Source of the DNA: a virus
Strand: one strand, 5' to 3'
Length of the DNA stretch: 64,000 nt
Virus record (IMG/VR): IMGVR_UViG_3300031669_000002
Coordinates: 96,001-160,000 of that record
Shown here: piece by piece, positions 49,331-57,222 of the stretch
Position numbering within the stretch: the stretch's first letter is position 1
Layout: every line of letters begins with the position of its first letter
The notes under the pieces: generated by a model
The model's input: only the letters and a program-made list of their open reading frames with translations
What the model was told of the DNA's origin: nothing
Database searches by the model: none
Position numbers and translations under genes: made by a program

Positions 49331-50956
49331 ATGCGAATTATGACAAAACCAACAGATATTAGAAATATACTAAACACTCTATCCGAGCTCAATGAACAGA
49401 CCTTACTAGAAGTATCTCGAGGACTGTTATATAGAGCACCCGGAGACAGATTTATTCAGGGCGACCCCAAAAACCCAACCGCCACCCTAACTTTTGTGGG
49501 AGTTGATTATTTCCCCTCTAATCCAGGAGAATATGAAACATATGAAGAGATGGTCGAAGCAGGGAAACAGGCAATGCTCGACTATCCCGGCTTGGAGTTT
49601 TGCAATACGCCACAGCCAGGCTCAACCAGAGCATTCGCAATAATCACACTTGATGGACCACAACCAGGACAGCATACATATATTTGTCGATTCTTCAGAG
49701 CAATCGCAAATGATATGACAGGAGCTTGGAAGAATAACGGCATTCCAGGCGGGTGGCAATTAGCGAAAGCAAATGCACTTAAATCAAGTTATGGGTTAAA
49801 ACCAGCAGACTTGTTTGCACCCAATACAACTTTCCCTAATTCGTTGGCAGTTCTAACAGCACTAAACAAGAATGCAAAAGTAAAGGCATTGCTTCCTGGA
49901 CTACAGATGCTTCTCGGTGCTAAGATGCCAATCTTCAAAGATCAGAAAGATATGCTAGGCGCAATACAAGATGACTTAGGTGAAATAATGGCACCTGTTG
50001 CTCTGGCCCAAGGAATGATCACTGACTCAGGGGCAGAAGCAGCTAAGAAAGGATTACTAAACGGCGCAGATTGGTCAGGCGCAGAGATAAGTTTCCCTAC
50101 AGCTAAAAATGCTGGACTAGTTGATAGTTATGTTGTGGTTGATGGCATTGAAGTCGGCATTAGCAGTAAAGGAAAAAACGGCGCGAAGGCAAGTATCAAG
50201 AATGTCCAAGACGGCTTTGAGTTAGCAAGAGCAGAGCCATCAGCAGACCACGCAAGAGCACTTAAAAAATATGCTACACAAATCAAAGTAGTTGAAAAAA
50301 TTGGCGAACTTACTGCAAAGCAATTCCCGATAGAATATGGAATAGAGCTTGGTTTGATAACAGAAAAAGTCGGAAATAAGATTAACGAGTTGATCACTAC
50401 TGGTGCTAAGACATTAAATCAAATAACGATTAGTGCAGCAGAGAGAAAAGTTATTGAAGACTTGCTTGACAGAACAGATGCATCAACTACAAGTCTAAAC
50501 TATAATGTTGGATATCACGCACTGATGGTATTGGCAAGAGATGTAGCAACACAAATTAACGCAGACCCAAAGTTTGGCGAAGCATGTTTATATTTTGTGA
50601 ATATAAATCCAATCATTCAGATTTATCTGACGGCAGCCGCAGTCGGCAACGATGTGCATGTAACTAAATTGACATCGTTATATCCTCCAAATTTCCAAGG
50701 AACAGTTCTATTGGATGCAGGAAAAGGATATTATTCAAGCGGCGTTGGTGGAAAGATGGCATTTGCGTATGAACCAGATAAGAATGCAGCAGACAAAAAT
50801 GCACAGAGTCAGAAGGCACTTGCAAAGACAAATAAAATAGCAACAGCAAAAATTGATAAGATAACAAAGGGACACGTAGATATTCGTCCGCCAGGCACCG
50901 TAGCAAAAGAGCCGCGTGGAAAACGAGAAGTATCAGCACCAAGAGCGAGACGATAA
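49331..50956 (+). CDS. Hypothetical late protein, possible PD-(D/E)xK-like domain
   Basis: Late promoter at 49312; GLVDSYV..DGIEVGISSK motif. Confidence 0.55.
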   Translation: MRIMTKPTDIRNILNTLSELNEQTLLEVSRGLLYRAPGDRFIQGDPKNPTATLTFVGVDYFPSNPGEYETYEEMVEAGKQAMLDYPGLEFCNTPQPGSTRAFAIITLDGPQPGQHTYICRFFRAIANDMTGAWKNNGIPGGWQLAKANALKSSYGLKPADLFAPNTTFPNSLAVLTALNKNAKVKALLPGLQMLLGAKMPIFKDQKDMLGAIQDDLGEIMAPVALAQGMITDSGAEAAKKGLLNGADWSGAEISFPTAKNAGLVDSYVVVDGIEVGISSKGKNGAKASIKNVQDGFELARAEPSADHARALKKYATQIKVVEKIGELTAKQFPIEYGIELGLITEKVGNKINELITTGAKTLNQITISAAERKVIEDLLDRTDASTTSLNYNVGYHALMVLARDVATQINADPKFGEACLYFVNINPIIQIYLTAAAVGNDVHVTKLTSLYPPNFQGTVLLDAGKGYYSSGVGGKMAFAYEPDKNAADKNAQSQKALAKTNKIATAKIDKITKGHVDIRPPGTVAKEPRGKREVSAPRARR

Positions 50957-51249
50957 TGGACGCCCGACAAAAAGGTCTTGAGTTACTTGAGGACTGGTCT
51001 CAATATAAATCTGTGCAGTATAGCGAGAAAACATTATTTGATCGCGCAGTAAATATTGAAATTGAAAAGGATGCAGTAACACGGCTTGCTGGACTCGTTC
51101 AGCAAGCATTGATGGATGACAACTTTCCTACAGTTGAGTTAGATTATCGCAATAGAATGATGGAAACGCACCTACGCACTTTCAAAGATCAGATCACATT
51201 CGAGTTGCTCAGAAACGGATTCAAGGATCAACCCTCTCAAGCACTGTAG
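50956..51249 (+). CDS. Hypothetical protein
   Basis: TAATG coupling to the upstream gene. Confidence 0.65.
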   Translation: MDARQKGLELLEDWSQYKSVQYSEKTLFDRAVNIEIEKDAVTRLAGLVQQALMDDNFPTVELDYRNRMMETHLRTFKDQITFELLRNGFKDQPSQAL

Positions 51250-51258
51250 AGAAAGTCC

Positions 51259-51287
51259 TTGACATAGCACCTTAATGATGCTATTAT
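51259..51287 (+). promoter_or_regulatory. Sigma70 promoter of tRNA-Leu
   Basis: TTGACA-N17-TATTAT. Confidence 0.8.
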
Positions 51288-51301
51288 GTTGTTTAAGTTA
51301 A

Positions 51302-51420
51302 GCCTCGGTGGTGAAATTGGTAAACATAAGGGACTTCTTCGAGGGCTTGCGTAAAGCGAGTTCTCCTGAAAATCCCTCGGCCGCAAGGCCTTCCCGGTTC
51401 GAGTCCGGGTCGGGGCACCA
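51302..51420 (+). tRNA. tRNA-Leu(UAA) with 32-nt intron (51337-51368)
   Basis: Full cloverleaf with long V-arm and CCA; loop CT T^AA AA is interrupted. Confidence 0.85.
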
Positions 51421-51460
51421 AATAAGTAGTTGATTGTTAAGACGAAAAGAAAGTTGAAAA

Positions 51461-51611
51461 AGTTCTTGACAAAGTATCAAAAGACTGTATAATATAACAC
51501 TTAATGCAGTAAAGATAAGTTACGTGAGGTTGGCGGTGCATAACGTAACTTCGTTAGACAAAACCGCCACTATGAAATAGTTCTTGACAAAGTATCAAAA
51601 GACTGTATAAT
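51461..51611 (+). promoter_or_regulatory. Two identical 33-bp sigma70 promoters (51461-51493, 51579-51611)
   Basis: AGTTCTTGACAAAGTATCAAAAGACTGTATAAT occurs twice; 16-bp spacer. Confidence 0.85.
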
Positions 51612-51769
51612 AGAGTTATAGTAATAAATAGTTAAGTGTTATTTGTTTGAACCGCTCCACTGGTAATCAGCTCGGGGTCAGTATTGCAGATAATGCTTAA
51701 CTATTTAGATGCTAAGAAGCACTTTTTTTCGTTTCGGTATAAATAGTTATAAGAAAAAGAAAATAGTGC

Positions 51770-51798
51770 TTGACACGAAGCATAAATAAATATATAAT
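51770..51798 (+). promoter_or_regulatory. Sigma70 promoter with embedded late promoter
   Basis: TTGACA-N17-TATAAT whose spacer contains CATAAATA; a further TATAAATA lies near 51738. Confidence 0.85.
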
Positions 51799-51847
51799 GT
51801 AACACAAATGCAGCACTAATCTAAAGAAAGATAAACGAAAGCAGAAA

Positions 51848-52003
51848 ATGAACTCACTACTAAGAAACTTACAACCAACACATATTTGCCCGATAGCCGG
51901 GTTTAGTATACCTGTGTGGTCGCAAATTTCAGCAGTAGAGTCAGATTCACGCAATACACAGAATTATGAAGGCAAAGCAGCAAGGAGTCGTCCAGGGATT
52001 TAA
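51848..52003 (+). CDS. Putative attenuator leader peptide (51 aa)
   Basis: MNSLLRNLQPTHICPIAGFSIPVWSQISAVESDSRNTQNYEGKAARSRPGI; last codons overlap the antiterminator strand. Confidence 0.6.
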   Translation: MNSLLRNLQPTHICPIAGFSIPVWSQISAVESDSRNTQNYEGKAARSRPGI

Positions 52004-52028
52004 CGCAAAGAAAATGCGAAGAATTTAG

Positions 52029-52064
52029 AACCCTGGATCGAAAGAGACTGGGGTTTTTTGTTTT
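52029..52064 (+). terminator. Intrinsic terminator with alternative antiterminator pairing
   Basis: AACCCTGG..GAAA..CTGGGGTT plus TTTT; CCCTGGA also pairs with TCCAGGG (51991-51997). Confidence 0.8.
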
Positions 52065-52099
52065 GTAGCCAAGCAGTTGTTAAAAAGTTTAAAAAGTGC

Positions 52100-52128
52100 T
52101 TGACAATAGAATAAAAAGATAGTATAAT
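52100..52128 (+). promoter_or_regulatory. Sigma70 promoter of the ncRNA/tRNA island
   Basis: Perfect TTGACA-N17-TATAAT. Confidence 0.9.
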
Positions 52129-52692
52129 AGTTTATCGCAGTATTGAGAACTTAGCAGCAGACGCCGAAAGGCAACGGAGCGTAAGAGGACTAAGGAAGAT
52201 ATTGCAAAGTAGCAAACTGTTACAGAACACCGTGCAGTATAAAAAATGGCACAGACCATCGTGTTAGCAAACTGAGAAAACGAAAAATATCCCACTCAGT
52301 ATAATAAAGAATAACGGAAACCGAGGAATGAAATTGGCCTGTGATGAACAGGGTGCCCTTAAAAAGGCTTAGTAAAAATCGGTTATAATTAAAGTGCCTT
52401 TACGGAGACATTTTAATTATACACATTCAATTGGAAGGATACACTAGTTGACGACAGCGATTGAGTGTGTTACAAATTTTGAAACTATGAGATAGCGTCG
52501 CTAAACGATGTCGAGTAGGTTGCTAGTGTAGTGGTTGCACACTGCTGGCGAGTAAGGTAAGATGAGGTGTTAGCGCACTGATGAGATCCTGAAAAACTGG
52601 CGGAGGCGAAGGTTCGAATCTCTTTACATTCGTTCAATTAAATTAGTTCGACTCCTATGTACTTGTGATAAATAAGTACATAGGAGAAATAA

Positions 52693-53307
52693 ATGTTTTA
52701 TTTTTTGTATCAAACAACTAATCTTTTAAACGGTAAGATCTATGTAGGTGTTCATAAGACCAATAATTTAGATGATGATTACTTAGGAACCGGCACTCTT
52801 ATTAAGCAGGCTATTAAAAAATACGGTAAACAGAATTTCAAGAGAGTTATTTTAGAAATGTTTGATACTGCCGATAGTATGTACTTGCGAGAATCACAGG
52901 TCGTGACAAAAGCTTTTACTGATAGAGAAGATGTGTATAATATCCGTGTTGGAGGTAAGGCAGGAGTTGAGGAATTTCACGATAGGTTAAGATCAGATTC
53001 AACATTTAAGAAAGAATATTCTGCTAAACTAAGTGCAGCAGCACACAGAAGAATATTACGCGGTGACAGCAGTTTACACAGGTATACAAAAGAAGATGGA
53101 CTTAACGGTTCTGCCGCTGCTCTATCAGAAGATGCTAGAAAAAAGCGCAAGAATACATTTAACGAAATAGGTCATCAACAAGGTGAAAAGAATGCCCAGT
53201 ATGGCACGAGATGGATTACAAATGAATTACAAAGTATTAAAATAAAAAAAGATGCTCTAATTCCAAAAGGATGGAGAGCAGGTCGTGTTAATGGAAATAA
53301 GAAGTAG
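52693..53307 (+). CDS. Seg-like GIY-YIG homing endonuclease
   Basis: FLYQTTNLLNGKIYVGVHKT...YLGTG and QQGEKNAQYGTRWITN module. Confidence 0.85.
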   Translation: MFYFLYQTTNLLNGKIYVGVHKTNNLDDDYLGTGTLIKQAIKKYGKQNFKRVILEMFDTADSMYLRESQVVTKAFTDREDVYNIRVGGKAGVEEFHDRLRSDSTFKKEYSAKLSAAAHRRILRGDSSLHRYTKEDGLNGSAAALSEDARKKRKNTFNEIGHQQGEKNAQYGTRWITNELQSIKIKKDALIPKGWRAGRVNGNKK

Positions 53308-53725
53308 ATTCAAAGACACTGCACCGTCATTAAATGACAGCGCCTGGGCCGCGAAAGTGTCCACCAATTTTCTTTACTACAATGTTCTGAGCCGACACTT
53401 TGAATGAAGGCCACTTCAGTAGTAATCGTGATATGAGTCAATAGAGTTACACAAGAGTAATCCAGGGTAATTACTATATTTCCAATCACAGAATTCTGTT
53501 ATCCATGAGTTGTACTAGTGAAGTTTCTTCCACGGATAATGTAATACTTGAAGGCTGGCAAGTTATGTCCAGCAGACAGTGGAGACTGGAACCGAGATAA
53601 ACGGAACGTGTATGAGCTATTTTGACCGACGTTTATAGCATAGAACTCCGATTAACAGTGCGGTAGGGTAATAAATTTTGCATCCCGACTGTCAGTGATT
53701 GACAGAGACAAAGCAAATACGATAG

Positions 53726-53910
53726 AAGCACATTCAATTAACTGTGCGGTAATGGATGTTGGGATAAGTGAGTAGGCCACTCATGTAATACAATTGAAGT
53801 TATCCAATACGGTGACAGTTCGACAGGCGAATAGCCCCTACGAGGGGAAGAAGTAGGTTAATACAAAAGGGCAACTCCTACTCACTTTGTTCAGTTAATT
53901 GAATGTGCTT
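53726..53910 (+). ncRNA. Candidate structured RNA closed by a perfect 19-bp stem
   Basis: AAGCACATTCAATTAACTG/CAGTTAATTGAATGTGCTT; internal 10-bp stem 53767-76/53877-86. Confidence 0.6.
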
Positions 53911-53911
53911 A

Positions 53912-54099
53912 GAAATACATTTACTGGGACGCTCAGTTGGTGAACGATTCCAACTAGACGAGAACGGACCGCAGCGTGTTATCCTCGGTCAAATGCGGAA
54001 AATAGGGTGGTTCCTAGAGTACTGCAATATCTCGTGACAGCATAGCGATTGACCATCGTTTACTAGTGCGAACCTAGTGCATCCCAGTAAATGTATTTC
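53912..54099 (+). ncRNA. Candidate structured RNA closed by a perfect 18-bp stem
   Basis: GAAATACATTTACTGGGA/TCCCAGTAAATGTATTTC with several internal hairpins. Confidence 0.6.
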
Positions 54100-54411
54100 A
54101 ATAATTAGATTTGGGTTACTTGCTCCATTAGGCATTGCTAGGCGCTAAAGTTTAGCAATGTATGAAACCAGGTCCGAGTTACAAGATACGGGTAGACACC
54201 ATAGTCCCCAGATGTAGTAACAACAAAAGATGAGGCGATGGATTTAAACAGCAAGAAGTAATGAGAAAGGCTGTGAAGATATGGTGTTGACACAATCGGT
54301 TCTTCCTAAAGTTTCCTGCAGAAAGAAAACACTGCGACCTTAGCTTGAGCGGGCGGTATGTCAGTTACGAAACAGTAGGGTAGAAGCCCTTACGCTTAGG
54401 CACAAATTTAT

Positions 54412-54501
54412 GGAGAACGGGCTGGACGGCAAGGCAGAAGTTTGCTAAACTTTAGGACACATAATATGGTCCACAGGGTTCGACTCCCTGGTTCTCCGCC
54501 A
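54412..54501 (+). tRNA. tRNA-Ser(GCU)
   Basis: Cloverleaf, long V-arm, G73, CCA. Confidence 0.9.
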
Positions 54502-54511
54502 AACAAATTAT

Positions 54512-54586
54512 GCGTGGTAAGTGTTGGTGATTGCACGATTGGCTTCCACCCAATAAGATAGGGTTTGACTCCCTAACCCCGCGCCA
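54512..54586 (+). tRNA. tRNA-Gly(UCC), atypical
   Basis: Cloverleaf; one acceptor mismatch, G discriminator, CCA. Confidence 0.75.
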
Positions 54587-54638
54587 AACAATGGCACCTG
54601 CAAGTTGGTGTCTATATAAATGAACTTGCAAGAACAAT

Positions 54639-54709
54639 AGGTTGTTCGTCTAGTGGTAAGACCAGGCACTCCAAACGCCTTAACGAGGGTTCGATTCCTT
54701 CACTTCCTG
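54639..54709 (+). tRNA. tRNA-Trp(CCA), degenerate, no CCA end
   Basis: Two U-U acceptor mismatches; 3' end abuts a HEG cassette. Confidence 0.65.
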
Positions 54710-54737
54710 CATGTAGTAAATTTTGCATAAATAAGTT

Positions 54738-55415
54738 ATGTTCTATTACTTATATGAGGTCAAAAACAACCTCAATGGCAAAATTTACGTTGGAGTTCAT
54801 AAAACGAAGTCACTTGATGACGGATATATGGGCTCTGGAAAAGTTATTCGACATGCTATTAAAAAGCACGGAGTTGAAAACTTTACAAAAGTCATACTTG
54901 AGCAGTTTGATAATTCAGTTGCTATGTATGCAAGAGAAAAAGAAGTGGTCACCGATGAATTTTTACTACGCGAAGATGTGTATAATCTTCGACGTGGTGG
55001 CTTCGGTGGATTTGAATATATCAATAAGACCGGGTTAAACTTTAAGGGATATGCATCGCCTGCCGAACGTAGCAGACATATAAACCCATTCTTAAATAAA
55101 GATCGTTACTCAGCGGAATGGCATAGGATAGCCAAAAAAAATAAAACATCTGCTGCAAGTAAAGCAAGAAAATTAGGAAAAGGTCATAATTTTTCTGCCA
55201 TTGATTCAAAAAAAGGATGTATGTTGGCAGCAACACCGAAGGCAATAGAAAAAAGAAAAGAAACATTTGCTAAAATTGGTCACCAACAAGGCGAAAAGAA
55301 TTCACAAGCAGGAACAATGTGGATTACCAATGGCAAAGAAAACAAAAAGATTAAGAAGAATACATTTATTCCATGTGGATGGAATAAAGGTAGAATACAA
55401 GTTACGCCCTTTTAG
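54738..55415 (+). CDS. Seg-like GIY-YIG homing endonuclease
   Basis: YLYEVKNNLNGKIYVGVHKT...YMGSG; stop codon lies inside tRNA-Thr. Confidence 0.88.
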   Translation: MFYYLYEVKNNLNGKIYVGVHKTKSLDDGYMGSGKVIRHAIKKHGVENFTKVILEQFDNSVAMYAREKEVVTDEFLLREDVYNLRRGGFGGFEYINKTGLNFKGYASPAERSRHINPFLNKDRYSAEWHRIAKKNKTSAASKARKLGKGHNFSAIDSKKGCMLAATPKAIEKRKETFAKIGHQQGEKNSQAGTMWITNGKENKKIKKNTFIPCGWNKGRIQVTPF

Positions 55416-55478
55416 TATAACGGTCCATTATGCTTGTTTTGTAATCAAGTGATGGCGGTTCGATTCCGTCAAGGGGCA
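55406..55478 (+). tRNA. tRNA-Thr(UGU), no encoded CCA
   Basis: Cloverleaf; 3' end followed by CACATAGTAG (HEG cassette). Confidence 0.8.
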
Positions 55479-55519
55479 CACATAGTAGATTTTGTATAAA
55501 TAAGTAATGGAGACAAAAT

Positions 55520-56173
55520 ATGTTCTATTACTTATACGAAGTTAAAAATAATCTTAACGGTAAAATCTACGTAGGAGTTCATAAGACTAACGACTTAAAT
55601 GACGGGTATATGGGCTCTGGAAAGTATATTCGAAGTGTAATTACAAAACACGGAATTTCGAGTTTTACTAAAGTCATACTTGAGACTTTTGAGAATGCGG
55701 AAGCTATGTATGCAAGAGAAAAAGAGATAGTCACCGATGAATTTTTGTTACGCGACGATGTGTATAATTTACGTCGTGGAGGTTTTGGTGGATTTGATCA
55801 GATCAACAAAAAACTTACAAGTTCTGATTTTTCACGTAGAGGGAAAGTCGGCAGAAAGAAGCAGTTAATGTTTGCTGATGCGCCAACTTGGGGAAATAAT
55901 CCCAACTTTAATGAAATGCATAATAAGGGAATTATCACAAGAAAAAACCGAGGCGATAACTTTACAAAAGAAGCATGTAAATCGGCAGCTAGTATTGCAT
56001 CGATAGAAAAAAGAAAAAAGACATATAAAGAAACTTGTCATCAACACGGTGAAAAGAATTCGCAATATGGATCTATGTGGATTACTAATGGTTTAGAAAA
56101 TAAAAAGATTAAAAAGACCGATTCACTTCCGAGAGGATTTAGAAAAGGACGCTCTTCCAAGAAACAAAATTAA
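55520..56173 (+). CDS. Seg-like GIY-YIG homing endonuclease
   Basis: Close paralog of 54738 and 62179. Confidence 0.88.
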   Translation: MFYYLYEVKNNLNGKIYVGVHKTNDLNDGYMGSGKYIRSVITKHGISSFTKVILETFENAEAMYAREKEIVTDEFLLRDDVYNLRRGGFGGFDQINKKLTSSDFSRRGKVGRKKQLMFADAPTWGNNPNFNEMHNKGIITRKNRGDNFTKEACKSAASIASIEKRKKTYKETCHQHGEKNSQYGSMWITNGLENKKIKKTDSLPRGFRKGRSSKKQN

Positions 56174-56174
56174 T

Positions 56175-56251
56175 GCCCTTGTGATGGAATTGGGATACAT
56201 ACTAGATTTAGAATCTAGGTTCTGCAGGTTCGAAGCCTGTCAAGGGTACCA
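56175..56251 (+). tRNA. tRNA-Leu(UAG) with short variable loop
   Basis: Cloverleaf, A73, CCA; V region only about 5 nt. Confidence 0.8.
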
Positions 56252-56257
56252 AACAAT

Positions 56258-56331
56258 GGAGATATAGCCAAGCGGCCAGGCGATGGATTGCAAACCCATT
56301 TAGATAAGTTCGACTCTTATTATCTCCTCCA
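56258..56331 (+). tRNA. tRNA-Cys(GCA)
   Basis: Cloverleaf, U73, CCA. Confidence 0.9.
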
Positions 56332-56511
56332 AAATCGCAAGTGATGACAACTGGTGATGGTGTAATAGGCACACCGCTATTGACGCGGAGGTTAATGGGA
56401 TGTGAGGCCCTTAGAATCCAAGACAACCAGAGGACACGATCGGCCTTTTCGCTTCTGTACTAGTCGGAGGTTTGAACAAGCGACCAATTTTAATATTGAA
56501 ATGCACGAATG

Positions 56512-56581
56512 ACCCATGAGATGTAATGGTTTACATGTCGGCTTAAAACCGAGATAAGGTGGTTCGATTCCACCCATGGCG
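56512..56581 (+). pseudogene. Degenerate tRNA (UAA loop, 4-bp anticodon stem, no CCA)
   Basis: D and T arms intact; acceptor has only 5 bp. Confidence 0.5.
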
Positions 56582-56598
56582 AGACTTGCATTAGATAT

Positions 56599-56672
56599 GC
56601 TGGTATCGTATAATGGTATTACGGTTGTTTCGTAAGCAACTTATGAGGGCTCGAATCCTTCTACCAGCACCA
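56599..56672 (+). tRNA. tRNA-Thr(CGU)
   Basis: Cloverleaf, CCA; T-loop CTCGAAT. Confidence 0.88.
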
Positions 56673-56678
56673 AATTAT

Positions 56679-56753
56679 GCAACATTGAAGAGAGTGGCTG
56701 TCGTCCGCACCTACACTGCGGGTAGGTTGGTTCGATTCCAACATGTTGCACCA
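56679..56753 (+). tRNA. tRNA-Val(UAC), atypical
   Basis: Perfect acceptor, anticodon and T stems; weak D stem; loop CC TAC AC. Confidence 0.65.
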
Positions 56754-56865
56754 AGTTTTTTGCAAAAAGAAAGGTGACGCGGTAAGCATAAATGTGTGGT
56801 GCTTATAAAATCCGACAAAACGTCAGGGGTAAAACTCCATACGCACAGCCAAATTTAATAACAAT

Positions 56866-56949
56866 GCGTCGTACGCCTTATGGAGGGCACGTGGCTGTAA
56901 CCCACAGGTCGGCTAGTCCGAGTTGGTTCGATTCCAGCATGACGCACCA
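56866..56949 (+). tRNA. tRNA-Tyr(GUA)
   Basis: Cloverleaf, long V-arm, CCA. Confidence 0.85.
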
Positions 56950-57074
56950 AATTTAAAGATACGCCGTTGGTCATAGGCGCATACGATTACCTAAAATTGA
57001 GACCCATTAAACCGGGCCACTTGAGTAGGGCAAGGTAGCAATTCCTGATAGTAATTGCATTGACCAAGAACAAT

Positions 57075-57159
57075 GGGTGGGGACTGGCGCTGGCGACTAG
57101 AGCGGACTGTAACTCCGTGGCCTCACGGCCGATAGGTTCGACTCCTATACCACCCACCA
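57075..57159 (+). tRNA. tRNA-Tyr(GUA), second copy
   Basis: Cloverleaf, long V-arm, CCA. Confidence 0.85.
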
Positions 57160-57222
57160 AGTTTTGTTAGTGAACTAAAGATAAACGCTCGCACATATCA
57201 ATACAGAGTTTATACAAACATT

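Noticed and set aside
462-50942. Numerous 60-160-aa antisense or alternate-frame ORFs inside long genes
   Set aside because: Shadow ORFs of well-supported genes with no motifs or expression signals; 8509-9257 simply mirror the coding repeats.
51334-51372. Alternative intron boundaries giving GAA or UCA (Sec/opal) anticodons
   Set aside because: The body has Leu features (A73, Leu-type D-loop and V-arm, 7/5 fold), and the UAA junction matches the known intron position.
52150-52185. c-di-GMP-I riboswitch-like GCAGAC-GCCGAAAGGC-AACGGAGC
   Set aside because: Only a loose resemblance; the conserved GCAAAC/GACGCAAAGC core and P3 are not matched.
52300-52390. RNase P RNA (3' AGTAAAAATCGGTTAT look-alike)
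   Set aside because: No 5' GAGGAAAGUCC P4 partner was found.
53960-54210. Group I intron core (AAGAT...ATAGTCC, CCGCAGC and AATGCGGAAA look-alikes)
   Set aside because: The P/Q/R/S-like motifs are out of order, no convincing P7 partner was found, and they straddle separate stem-closed modules.
56340-56500. tRNA-Gln-like arm (GGTGT..GCAC, CCGC-TATTGAC-GCGG)
   Set aside because: No T-arm, acceptor stem or CCA; cannot be supported as a tRNA.
56775-56851. tRNA-sized element ending GCCA
   Set aside because: Only one clear hairpin (TAAGCAT/GTGCTTA); no cloverleaf.
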